The notes under the pieces are model-generated. The model saw nothing but the letters and a program-made list of their open reading frames with translations. It did no database searches and had not been told where the DNA came from. A stretch of 64,000 nucleotides of DNA, from contig CM121341.1 in assembly GCA_051530055.1 (NCBI GenBank), forward strand, positions 4,504,784 to 4,568,783, in the 5' to 3' direction. Every line of letters begins with the position of its first letter. The stretch's first letter is position 1. This document shows, piece by piece, positions 23,901-36,059 of the stretch. This stretch comes from Neoechinorhynchus agilis (taxonomy: Eukaryota > Animalia > Acanthocephala). A program made the translations under genes and the position numbers.

Positions 23901-25158
23901 GCCTCGGATTTAAGTTCACTAATCTATATTTCCTCGATATTTCGTCGGATATTTAAAATTTCTATTGAAAAGGCAGCGGTGCTTTAGCTTAGAGAGGATT
24001 CTAGTGGACAATGAGTCCAGGAACGGCATTCTGATGAACATTTTGCCCGATAATAACCAGTGTCCGTAGGATAAAGCTATGATTTTCGTGTTTTAGATGA
24101 CAAACCTTGGAGAAATGTCGGAATTATCCGTAAATTAGGCGGGATGAAAAAACTACAAAAAAAGAAAGTAACAATAATTTGGATTATTATCTTCGAGGAA
24201 AATACTTTCTTTTTTCCCATCCCGCCTCGGATTTAAGTTCACTAATCTATATTTCCCCGATATTTCGTCGGATATTTAAAGTTGTCATTGAAAAGGCAGC
24301 GGTGCTTTAGCTTAGAGAGGATTCTAGTGGACAATGAGTCCAGGAACGGCATTCTGATGAACATTTTGCCCGAGAATAACCAGTGTCCGTAGGATAAAGC
24401 TATGATTTTCGTGTTTTAGATGACAAACCTTGGAGAAATGTCGGAATTATCCGTAAATTAGGCGGGATGAAAAAACTACAAAAAAAGAAAGTTAACAATA
24501 ATTTGGATTATTATCTTCGAGGTAAATGAATACTTTCTTTTTTTGCATCCCGCCTCGGATTTAAGTTCACTAATCTATATTTCCCCGATATTTCGTCGGA
24601 TATTTAAAGTTGTCATTGAAAAGGCAGCGGTGCTTTAGCTCAGAGAGGATTCTAGTGGACAATGAGTCCAGGAACGGCATTCTGATGAACATTTTGCCCG
24701 AGAATAACCAGTGTCCGTAGGATAAAGCTATGATTTTCGTGTTTTAGATGACAAACCTTGGAGAAATGTCGGAATTATCCGTAAATTAGGCGGGATGAAA
24801 AAACTACAAAAAAAGAAAGTAAATAATTTGGATTATTATCTTCGAGGGAAATGAATACTTTCTTTTTTTGCCATCCCGCCTCGGATTTAAGTTCACTAAT
24901 CTATATTTCCTCGATATTTCGTCGGATATTTTAAATTTTTATTGAAAAGGCAGCGGTGCTTTAGCTTAGAGAGGATTCTAGTGGACAATGAGTCCAGGAA
25001 CGGCATTCTGATGAACATTTTGCCCGATAATAACCAGTGTCCGTAGGATAAAGCTATGATTTTCGTGTTTTAGATGACAAACCTTGGAGAAATGTCGGAA
25101 TTATCCGTAAATTAGGCGGGATGAAAAAACTACAAAAAAAAGAAAGTAAACAATAATT
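20955..25158. repeat. Tandem array, ~325-bp unit, 13 copies, each with inverted ends
   Basis: CATCCCGCCT...AGGCGGGATG and TACTTTCTTTTTTTG...CAAAAAAAGAAAGTA recur in each unit. Confidence 0.95.
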
Positions 25159-25356
25159 GTTTACACCTTTTAAAGTAGTGCTTTTGGGCCATGCTCGATG
25201 CGTAGAATAGGACAAAATGTAGCGCGATGTTTCGCTTTTCCTACGGTTACATCGCTACCTCAAAGGTCTTAGGAAAAAAATCGTTTTTTCTCTTAGTGTT
25301 GAAGTTTCCGTCCGGGTCTTCCGATGCGTCCCAAGGAGGCGATAGGTATCATTGAT

Positions 25357-25466
25357 TTTCCTCCTTCAGCGGTATTTCGTCCCCTTTTAGTTGTTCAAGA
25401 TTCCACGATCGGCAATGACTTACAATCAAAGAAGACAAAATACCTCGTTGAAGGAGGAAACTCACT
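25357..25466. mobile_element. Two short inverted remnants of the hammerhead repeat
   Basis: Minus AAAAGGGGACGAAATACCGCTGAAGGAGG at 25357-25388; plus AATACCTCGTTGAAGGAGGAAACTCACT at ~25438-25466. Confidence 0.7.
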
Positions 25467-25629
25467 AACTCGTAATTGAATGGTTCAATATGCTGATTGA
25501 TTTTAAGCGCTTCCCTGACACAGATCCAAAGGAGAATAATTGAGATTCACGGGAAATTCGAGGCACTTTCATTTCCATCTTCAGTTTGGATTTTAATTAC
25601 ATTTTAACGGGAATTTAAACTATTTTTAG

Positions 25630-26241
25630 ATGAGACGACGGAAGCCCCGAAGAAGGGATGAACTAAGAAGCAACCTAAAGAAAATATCCGAATGGATGCT
25701 TGGCACAAAACGTAGTCCATTTTCTGTTCTATATTCCAACCTCTTCAAAACGATAAGAGTAGTCCTTCGTAACGCGTCCACGGTTCACTCCGTCTGCATT
25801 GGTCGGCTCATTGCCTTCGATAGACACATGAACCTTATAATGATTGACGTCCTTGAAACGTTCAGCAGCAATTTTTTGTCTTTTTTTAAGCCTTTGAGGG
25901 ACAATGCTAGATCTTGTATTGTGGATGCGAAAAAGGAAGCAAGACGGGCAATTGAATCTAATGAAGACCACGACTTCGAAGCAGCTTACGAGCGAATGAA
26001 AAGGGGCGATGCTCCAGTTGTTTCATCGACCAAGCCGGTTCCGGTTGAAGTAAATCAAAGAACGATTTATGAAGCTTCTCTTCGAGTGAACGTTGGAAAG
26101 AGGTTTAAAGAGGACGGTTACGTGGTTTGCAATAATCCAGGATCGCGATGCAGAAACAACTATTTCATGGAACGATATATCGATCAATTGTTCATAATGG
26201 GCAATCAGGTAGTCGCCATTAATCCGTGTGAATCAACATGA
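25630..26241 (+). CDS. LSM11: U7 snRNP Sm-like protein LSM11-like
   Basis: SPFSVL, IGRLIAFDRHMNLIMIDVLE (Sm1), long insert, RYIDQLFIMGNQVVAI (Sm2). Confidence 0.72.
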   Translation: MRRRKPRRRDELRSNLKKISEWMLGTKRSPFSVLYSNLFKTIRVVLRNASTVHSVCIGRLIAFDRHMNLIMIDVLETFSSNFLSFFKPLRDNARSCIVDAKKEARRAIESNEDHDFEAAYERMKRGDAPVVSSTKPVPVEVNQRTIYEASLRVNVGKRFKEDGYVVCNNPGSRCRNNYFMERYIDQLFIMGNQVVAINPCEST

Positions 26242-26395
26242 AAGACCACGAAGTCTACAAAGAATCGTTTATTATCGCGATTTCTACATCTCTTCTTTAT
26301 CGTCCTCATTCTTGTCATCCTTAGGTCTTCGTAATTCACGTAATTGAATCGTTTCTGTCGACGGGGCGCTTTGAGAAAAAATTTGAGGCGGTGGA

Positions 26396-29300
26396 TCATC
26401 GCCGGATAGACTCTTTTTCCATGGCTTGTACTTTTCAGCCTCAGTCCTCTGGATTGTCGGCATTTCGTCTAAAATTCTCGTTATAGATCGTAAAATCCTT
26501 TTTTCAAAAATATAAAACCTATTTCACGTTTGAGAAACGGTCTTGAAACTCGTCTGTAGTATGGTTGGTATTGATGATACCTGTAGCCAGCTCCTGATGT
26601 TAAGGATAACGACGGATCGATCATCTCTGGACCCCATGTGCTATGAGATGGAGTACGTCGATTATAGATGGCACCCGGCCCAGAATGCGGTTGTGCTCCA
26701 GTTGAAGACGATAGGCTATAGCGTCGAGATTCAACATTGTCAATCCGGCGCTGTATATTTGCTCTTGGAGCCAACAAAAATCTGTCAAGTACTTTATGAA
26801 CTTTTCGAGTCCTCTTATCGCTTTCATATTTGCTCACATTGAATCTTGTACTCGTCTGTCTATCCGGAATGAGACCACCCGAATCCCTATTAAAGGGAAC
26901 TGTCAAAATGAACCAAAAAACAAACGAATTCGTACTCATCGTATTCATTTTCTTTTGATGGCTCGAAAATCGTTAGCTTTCCATCGGCCTTTATTCCACC
27001 AATTTTTTCTATTGTCGTCAAAAATACAATATCCTGCTCTTCGTCGAATTTTGTTCGCAAAAATATAGGCTTCAAATATGCCAAGTCGAATTTTCTAATC
27101 TTATCCAGTAGTTGAGCGTTGAAACCAATCGTGGTCTCGGCAAAGGCCCCCATCAACGCCATCACGTGGTCTATCATCTAAATGGAAGATCACTTAAAAA
27201 CTAAAATTTCTATCGCTTTTATCAACTGCGAGAATATTTTCTAGATGTAAAATCAGGTTTTTGAGGCTTCAATAATGCATTTTGTATATATATATAGTAA
27301 TTGCAATTAGATCAACTGTTACCGAATCAGAAAAGCAACAAATATCTTTTCTGAACTTTGTTTCTAATGCCTTACGATTTTCTTTTCCGAACTTTAAAGC
27401 CCATCTCAATCTGAAGGTTTCAGGCTAAGAGGTAGTAGTTAATCCAATGTTCTTATGTTAACGAAACTGAGGTGATTCTCTTTATCGTTTTGAAACATCT
27501 TAATAAAATAGGTTTTTTATCCTGGTAATCTCATCAAAAAATGAATTTTCTCCCTCTCTTGATAATTTGTAGGTTGGGTATGTGAAAAACAATAAAAATC
27601 AAAAAAGAGATTTCATAATTTTTAAAGTCTTTTACTATTATTGATATTTTGAGATTAATGAAATTCGTGGACGAACTAGAAATTTTACCCTCATCCATTT
27701 TGTTCGAAAATATCTGATTTAATCACTCGGTAATTGATTTTTGTTTTTAATAAAATATGCAAACCTACGGTTGAGAAACTTTAAAAAGTGATCCTTAGTT
27801 AAGTTTTGTTTGTGCGTGACTTTATACTCCACTTTTATGGATTGCATTATCTGTACTCAAATAAGGCCACAAAAACTTGAATAGAAATTCTTTTTTAAGT
27901 GGAAAAGTAATTTTTTAATTCCTTTTTCGGTGCATAAGTGTACGATATCGAAAAAAGAAGAAGTTTAACCTCGATTTCTTCAAAAAAAGCGATGAAAATA
28001 ACTTTGAAACATTAAGAATACGTACTCTGTTAGTAAGTTTAGCACTCAACGACGGTTCTTCGGCTTGTTTTCTTCGCACTTTCAGCAATTTCACGATTGG
28101 TCCAATTGTGGCTCCCTAGTAATAGAGGACACGAGTGATTGTTTTTCTTCAGAATTCACCAGATACTTGAACGAAAACGGTGAAATAGACGACAATGACG
28201 GTCGTTGTTAAGAATTTCGATTTATCTGGGAATACTGCTTGTTTAAGAATCATAGCCAGAGCAAACGCTACAGCTCCTCGTAATCCTCCGTAACACATGA
28301 CTACCATATCGATGAAGCTAATCCTTATGAGCCGATACACGTTTGCCAATGATGCGAGTGCAACGACTCCTAGAAATCGATAAAGAATTTGTTGAAGACA
28401 GCCACGACTTACCGATAGCTCTGTATATAAGACAAGAGATAGTTGTGACGATTACAAATCCAGTGTTCCACGAATGCGGACTATTGACCACACTAAGTCC
28501 CATGAAGAGGAAGATGATGGATTCGGTAAGAGAAGACATCATCTTAATAACGTATTCGGTCGTAATGCATGATTTTTCCGATAGATTATATCGAATATAT
28601 TGTCTTAAGATCATCCCAGTAACGGTAATCCTGTTTTTTTTCGATTTTACGTTTCAAGTTCATTGAGACGTGTTAACTTACGCTATGATTCCCGAGACGC
28701 CTAACATTTCTGCTGTTAAATAAGAGAGATAAGCGGAGATGATAACCATGAGAGGTTCAAGTATTGGGACTACTTCCATGAACTTTGTAATGAACGATCC
28801 AACTGCTCCAAACACAATTCCGACCAAAACTCCGCCGAGTGATACCGCGAAAAAAGAAATAATTCCGAATATTATATCTTGGGCTATGATGTTCGATTGA
28901 CCTATGAGAGCAAACTCGGATAACATCCTGTAAAGCACAACAGATACGGCATCGTTTAGTAAAGATTCTCCAAACACAATAATATACAATGTGTCATTTA
29001 CATGGATATCTTCAAATGTCGCAAGGACGGCGACCGGATCGACAGCCGATATGAGTGCTGCGAATACGAGACAGTGGAGTAATTCAAAATGCGATTCACC
29101 GTAGACATGAGCGAAATTGAATCCATTTGTCAGTCTGTCTCGAGCTTTCGAAACTCCTAGTCGAGATTCATACTGCACTCAAAGGGTTAGTCCAATTGCT
29201 AGCGTATTAAACAGTGTATTGATTGTCGCGAAAAGAAGAATTGTACCACAGTTGTCGAAAAATGCTCGATTAGGCATAAAGTATCCGGAGTCCAGGATTA

Positions 29301-29942
29301 TAGGTGGAAGGAGGTAAAAGAAAAATACGTTTGAGTTAAATGAGTATACACTTGCAGGGGCGAACTTTAGGAGCTTAAGTGCTAAGCCGAGAATGAGACC
29401 TAAGACGATCATTGAGCAGCTTTCTGGGACTTTGGATGAAATTCGTTTGAATGAATGAAACCCTGAAACACAAAAATTTATTTTAGATAAACACAAGCGA
29501 CTCACCGATCTTAGCTATCATTGTCAAGAAGACCCAAAGGATGATGTTATAGATAACGGCAACATGGTGATAGTCCATATTTAAGATTTTATACCGAAAT
29601 TCGGACACATTTCCGGGCTGAGAGTCGTCGCTAGAGCCGGTTACGGCTGCAACCATAGTTGCAATCACGGCCTCTCTTAGCATCCGTAAATCTTCTAAAA
29701 TTAAGTGTTTTCATGAATTCTCAGTTTCCCTACACTCCATCCAGCGTTTTTCCCACACGCTGGATTGTAGAGCGCGCACTATTTTTTACGAGTGGTGAAA
29801 TGATTCAGTGGGGGAAATGCGCAAATGACGACGGATTGTGATTTTCGTTGCTTTCCTCGATTTTGTTTAGATATTTACTAGATTCATTGAGCAAGGATAT
29901 GGACTGACAACAGACAGCGATCATAAGTGGAAGGATGAGCAT
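26396..29942 (-). CDS. Sodium/hydrogen exchanger (SLC9A/NHE1-5 type), multi-exon
   Basis: VPESCSMIVLG, LLPPIILDSGY, LISAVDPVAVLATFE, VFGESLLNDAVSVVLY, YGGLRGAVAFAL, FTVFVQGATI, tail DHVM..DKIRKFDLAYLKP; GT-AG introns of 43-59 nt plus one of ~850 nt. The 5' exon is uncertain. Confidence 0.92.
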
Positions 29943-31850
29943 CGAAAATAAGCGACAAGATGCTCGACAGCAGTCGCATGAGATGTTGTTTAGTATGATG
30001 ATCGGATGTATCTTCTTTGCCACTGAAAGCATTCTCGAATAATTATCTCTATTCTTTAGGTTTTTTCAATAGTTGGGGAGTATATAAAACACTTGTTGTT
30101 TGCGATTATATCGTCAATTTGGCTCCCTGCAGGAAAACATTTATTACGCCTCCGGAAAGACGTCGGAAAATAATCGAGCTCTGACAAGATGAGTAGGCGG
30201 AACGAATGAAGATCTCCTAATTTCTATTGTCTCTAAGGTCTAAATTCAGAATGTGATTAGAGAATTATTGTTTAGAAGTCTACATCCGTAGTACACTAAC
30301 AAACTGAGATGATGAATCCTTTAAGAGGTTCTCAAACAATCACATAGACTTTAACCATAATAATTCCCGATAGGCGATACAATGGAGGAAAAATGCTTTG
30401 TATAGCCAACAAGTCATTTTTGCGGGATGATATATAGGTGTCAACAAAAAGCATACCTCCGTGAGAACATTGCTGTTAATTGCTCCTACATCTGATCCGA
30501 AACAAATCGCCATTTCAAAAGGAAATCCACATTCGGGTCTATATTCCACGATTTGACATTATTAGCTCTCGAAAAGTAGTTGTTTTGTTAAATAACTCAT
30601 GGCAAAAAATGTCGTGGGCGGATGATATGCAGACGAAAATGTTTTTGAAGACTAGTTGAGTATGCAAGTTTGTGATCGTTACCAAGTGCCAGCTCTCAAA
30701 TGCTAAGTTTTCAACTACTTCCCTCGCTTTTTATGATTATGACAGCCAGGAAGTAATTAAATTGTATAATTTTTAAATTGTGACATTGTTTATTTTTTTG
30801 TTTGATGATTGAGAAACATTAATTTATTATTTCGTAAAAGTCCTACGAAATATTGTGGAATGGAATCATCAAACAATTTTTTTATACATAAACAACTTCT
30901 TTACAAGTGACATTGTTCATAATTAAACCGCATAAAGCTAAATTAGCGTGTTTTTTTTTGAGTTCTTTGAAAAATGCTTCATTTTGATAACTATTCCCAT
31001 TTGTTTGTGGATTTCACGTTGCAAATATCACACATTCGACATTTTCGATGATCGCATTCATCGACGCTCATTCTAATTGATTATACTTTAAAAGATACAA
31101 AAAAAAGACTAATGATTATCGAACAGACAATCGAGGATTTGGCTTTCAATGTTAGAAAATCTCATGCCAATCGACCTTATTCGCGTTGTCATGAAACCGT
31201 GAAACTTACAAGAATAAAATCTGTACAGCGAAATAAGGAAGAGCAGAAACTAGAGTTTCAACCACTCACATGGAGGAATTTCAAATTTTATTTAGGATAG
31301 TCGTGAAATGATTTTTCTTAATTTTGTCAGAATATCTGTAACTTTTCGTTAGGTCAAGCATGTTTTTCTTGTAATGGCTACTTAGTTCTGAATGTGGATC
31401 AACAGTACTTTTAATTGTCATTTTCATCACTTTATTCGACTTTTCTTCACCTTTTACGAATTTCCTATTTATTCGTTTGTCTTTCCAATCATAAAAAAGA
31501 GCCGTATACTTTGATTCAATCAATTTTGTTATAATCTTTTCCGAAATGGTTTTTTTTCGGAGACCTTAATTAAACCTTTATACAGAAAAATCGAAATTAT
31601 TTTGTTCCGAGACACATGAAGTTCATTGGAATTATCTCAATCATTGCCGACTTTATTCAGTGAAGATTCCTACTGATTTACATGATTTGTTTTAATTCGT
31701 CTGCACAATTCGACTTTGTTTGAGATGTGAAACGGTTAACTTTATTTTACACTTCACAGCAAAAAACATTTACTAAGATCAAGATGAGTTTTGCATTTTA
31801 TCAAATGTTGCTATATTTCTCATATGATCTGATCTAAAATTAACTTCAGA

Positions 31851-33611
31851 AGGAGCGGAAATGCTCGAAATACAGGGAGCTAATCCGAAACTACCATTTG
31901 TCCCCTTCGGTGTGGAAAAGTACCTTGGGAGGGTCGGCACTGGCCCTCCTCGTGAAGGACTTGGGGAAACGAATCAACGCGGCGACTGGAGTTGTGGGAT
32001 TCCAACATCAGCCACTCGAAAAAAGGTCCAGGAGGAGCGGAGGCAGAGGAGCTGAAATGCTCAAAATACAGGGAGCTAATCCGAAATTACCATTTTGTCC
32101 CCTTCGGTGTGGAAAAGTACCTTGGGAGGGTCGGCACTGGCCCTCCTCGTGAAGGACTTGGGGAAACGAATCAACGCGGCGACTGGAGTTGTGGGATTCC
32201 AACATCAGCCACTCGAAAAAGGTCCAGGAGGAGCGGCGAGGATCGTAAGTGCTCGAAATACAGGGAGCTAATCCGAAACTACCATTTGTCCCCTTCGGTG
32301 TGGAAAAGTACCTTGGGAGGGTCGGCACTGGCCCTCCTGAAGGACTTGGGGAAACGAATCAACGCGGCGACTGGAGTTGTGGGATTCCAACATCAGCCAC
32401 TCGAAAAAAGGTCCAGGAGGAGCGGAGGCAGAGGATGAATGCTCGAAATACAGGGAGCTAATCCGAAATTACCATTTTGTCCCTTCGGTGTGGAAAAGTA
32501 CCTTGGGAGGGTCGGCACTGGCCCTCCTCGTGAAGGACTTGGAAACGAATCAACGCGGCGACTGGAGTTGTGGGATTCCAACATCAGCCACTCGAAAAAA
32601 GGTCCAGGAGGAGCGGCGGCAGAGGATCGTAAGTGCTCGAAATACAGGGAGCTAATCCGAAACTACCATTTTGTCCCCTTCGGTGTGGAAAAGTACCTTG
32701 GGAGGGTCGGCACTGGCCCTCCTCGTGAAGGACTTGGGGAAACGAATCAACGCGGCGACTGGAGTTGTGGGATTCCAACATCAGCCACTCGAAAAAAGGT
32801 CCAGGAGGAGCGGCGGCAGAGGATCGTAAGTGCTCGAAATACAGGGAGCTAATCCGAAATTACCATTTTGTCCCCTTCGGTGTGGAAACGTCCTTGGGAG
32901 GGTCGGCACTGGCCCTCCTGAAGGACTTGGGGAAACGAATCAACGCGGCGACTGGGTTGTGGGATTCCAACATCAGCCACTCAAAAAAGGTCCAGGAGGA
33001 GCGGATGCTCGAAATACAGGGAGCTAATCCGAAATACCATTTTGTCCTTCGGTGTGGAAAGCCTTGGGAGGGTCGGCTGGCCCTCCTGAAGGACTTGGGG
33101 AAACGAATCAACGCGGCGACTGGAGTTGTGGGATTCCAACATCAGCCACTCGAAAAAAGGTCCAGGAGGAGCGGCGGCAGAGGATCGTAAGTGCTCGAAA
33201 TACAGGGAGCTAATCCGAAATTACCATTTTGTCCCCTTCGGTGTGGAAACGTACCTTGGGAGGGTCGGCACTGGCCCTCCTCGTGAAGGACTTGGGGAAA
33301 CGAATCAACGCGGCGACTGGAGTTGTGGGATTCCAACATCAGCCACTCGAAAAAAGGTCCAGGAGGAGCGGCGGCAGAGGATCGTAAGTGCTCGAAATAC
33401 AGGGAGCTAATCCGAAACTACCATTTTGTCCCCTTCGGTGTGGAAAAGTACCTTGGGAGGGTCGGCACTGGCCCTCCTCGTGAAGGACTTGGGGAAACGA
33501 ATCAACGCGGCGACTGGAGAGCCAAGATCGACTTCGTTCCTAGCCCAAAAAATAAGCATTGCGGTGCAACGGGGCAATGCGGCCAGCATTTTGACCTGCG
33601 CCGATGAATAG
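31851..33611 (+). repeat. Tandem array (~190-197-bp unit, ~9 copies) of a CRE endonuclease fragment ending in the native CRE 3' end
   Basis: Units encode LWD..GPGGAAAEDRKCSKY..HFVPFGVET..DLGKRI; the last unit runs into FLAQKISIAVQRGNAASIL and a stop. Confidence 0.92.
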
Positions 33612-33692
33612 GAGCGGAGAAGTTGTAAACAATGCATAGATTGCGTATAAAAATAAAAATAGATAAAAAATTCGTGTATTATAAGCATCAAT

Positions 33693-33832
33693 AAATTTTA
33701 GTTTGTTCCTTCTTGTCCGAGCCCCTAAAAAATACTTCTCTAATGTATAATTGGTTTGGCGGACAAGAAGGGACAAACTAAAATTTAATGATAATATGAA
33801 AACAAACCGGCTTGCCAGTGTAAAACTTAAAA
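33693..33832. mobile_element. Tail-to-head junction remnant of the tRNA/hammerhead repeat with 27-bp inverted repeat
   Basis: AATTGGTTTGGC..GGACAAGAAGGGA..CTAAAATT followed by ACCGGCTTGCCAGT..AAAACTTAAAA; 33693-33719 is the reverse complement of ~33760-33786 with one mismatch. Confidence 0.65.
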
Positions 33833-36059
33833 TAATTCAATTTTTCTAAAGGTTAGAATTCAACTTGATTTTGACTCGCCATAAAGAGTTTGTGGAGATC
33901 TTACAAATTTTAAGTGGCCTGTTTAACTACTTCAAAAAGCTAGAATTCCTCGTGAATTTTTATTTGATTTGAGCTGGAGAGTCTATAAAGTTGAGACATA
34001 AAGACTTGATAATTCTTAAGAATCCATTGAATCGTTGACGTGTTGTGTTCATTTTTATGGGTATTTTGTGAACAACCCAATTTTAACGTAGGATTTTTTG
34101 TTTTGAGCGCTTGTGATTTTGCATTAATTATCACAGCGATTTAATTTTTTTTGCAATTTGGACCGCATTCTATTAAATTTGAAACTTCAAAAATACATAA
34201 AAAGATAATTTATGATGAAGATAAAACATCGAAACCATCGTCTGACATTACAGGAATCTTAAACTCCGATTTAAATTTACAAATTATGGTTAGATTGTGA
34301 TAAAGTTACAATTCCACGATTTCTTGAAATTTCCTAAATAAGAAAAAGTTTAACAAGAATTTAAGATTTCGAGTGAATCCTTTATGCCCTAATCGAACCT
34401 AACTGATTTTCTCGATCTTTTTTCACTGGATTTTCTCCTGAAATTCTGCTTAAAAGTTCTACATTTCTGTAAGACTTTTTGATAGTGAATTAGTAAGCTT
34501 TGTCGAATTTTTCTCGGAAAACAATAGAATGAAAAAGTACGCGAAAGCCCAAGAATTATCAAATAAATCAAAAAGTTAAAATGATGAACATCTTTGCAAT
34601 TTCTGTAAGAGAATTTTCAGTAATTCTTTAATAAAAGTGGGAATATCCAAACTTGATTTAAAGGAAAATGGGAATTTATTTAAAAAGTTTCATCGTTCCA
34701 GTCACACAAAGACCTCACAGAAAGCATTAAGAACATAAATTAAGTTGATTTTATAAGGGAATAATTGAAGTATGATCGATACTAGGCTCTCAAGAATGAA
34801 ACATTTTAAAATCGTCCCACTTTTAATCCAAAAACAATTCTGAGCATTAATAGTCATTTGTTTTTAAAACTATATTAAAAGGTTATTCTTAAAGCCAAAT
34901 GAAGGTTTACATTAACTATTTTACCAATTGAATGGTTCCATTTCACCCAATAAAGAATCCATCCACTCTAAGAACTCCCTTAAAGCTTTCCTCTAAGAGA
35001 AACAAAAGGGTTTATAAAAAAGATCTAAGCAACAATTCGTTTCCTTCATTAGTTTCGTTCGAACTTCTCTGTTCCCTTTGGAATTTACAAAAAATTAACG
35101 TATCAGCTAAACAAAGTGGAACAAATTCGAGATTTTTCGAGTTGAAAACGTCAAAATATCCTTTTGTTATCCACTTAGCCCAAGGGATAATGATTATGTG
35201 CCCCAATGCAATAGATAAGTGGTCCTCGGATCCTTCGAAACCGATCGGAATTCGTGGCTACATCTCAGCGGATTCATGAGTTCTGCCAAACGTAGTCAGT
35301 GTGTCATTCCCCCCCCTCTTGCAACCCTGCCATTTGGCACCAAACTCATTCGCCGCAATGATGCTGTCATTCAATAGTCTCCGTTTCCGTGCCTAGAATC
35401 CGAGATACGCTATCGATTTTAGCTCGAAATGAGAGTAGATGGAATCGCCTTGACGACTAATGTTCACAAAGCCATTTTAAACGAATTTTGAATCCTTAAT
35501 GGGAAATCGATTAAACGTTCACCACATGAACGAAGCTTGTTCCACACTTGCTGAAATCAATTTCCCTGAAATCTCAAAGATCACCATAGAAAGGCCTATG
35601 AGTATGTTGAAACAATTGAAATGTCGCCGTGCCGATATCCACTTGAACGAGCACCTAAAAATTGTTTTTAACACCGAGGTAATACTCAGAAGTGAAGACT
35701 GTCGCCTTAATCTAGAAAATCTCACTTTATGGGATCGTGGAATGCTCTCAGAGGTTTCAAATCAACATATTGATTGGATTTCACGTCTAACAACGCATAA
35801 GTGGAAGATTAGGTTCCGCTTTCGTCCTCTTCATTTGCTCAATCACTGAAGTGTATTCAAAATCAATAGAAACTTTGATACGATCCCTTTTTTGTAAAAT
35901 ACGAGTCTTTATAAGATGTACTCCCGAATTGAGGCAGCATTCCTTAATAGCACTTAAGATTAAGCGATGTGTCACAGTTTCCCTCACCGTTCTTAATCTA
36001 ATGTTTATTCATGCCTTTCCGTGGCACATTACAGTTCTATCCTGACATTCTTTAGCCAT

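Noticed and set aside
20955-25158. CRISPR array or hammerhead in the 325-bp satellite (contains CTGATGA)
   Set aside because: There are no unique spacers, the host is eukaryotic, and no matching stem II/GAAA/NUH arrangement surrounds the CTGATGA.
26205-26399. Coding overlap between NHE and LSM11
   Set aside because: A 59-nt intron gives an NHE last exon (HEMPTIQR..ESIRR) stopping at ~26396, so the overlapping ORF is not needed.
31861-33410. Many short ORFs as separate genes
   Set aside because: They are shifted frames of the CRE-derived tandem unit.
34932-36045. Possible LRR/F-box-like or other coding fragments
   Set aside because: Short broken ORFs with no motif I can support.
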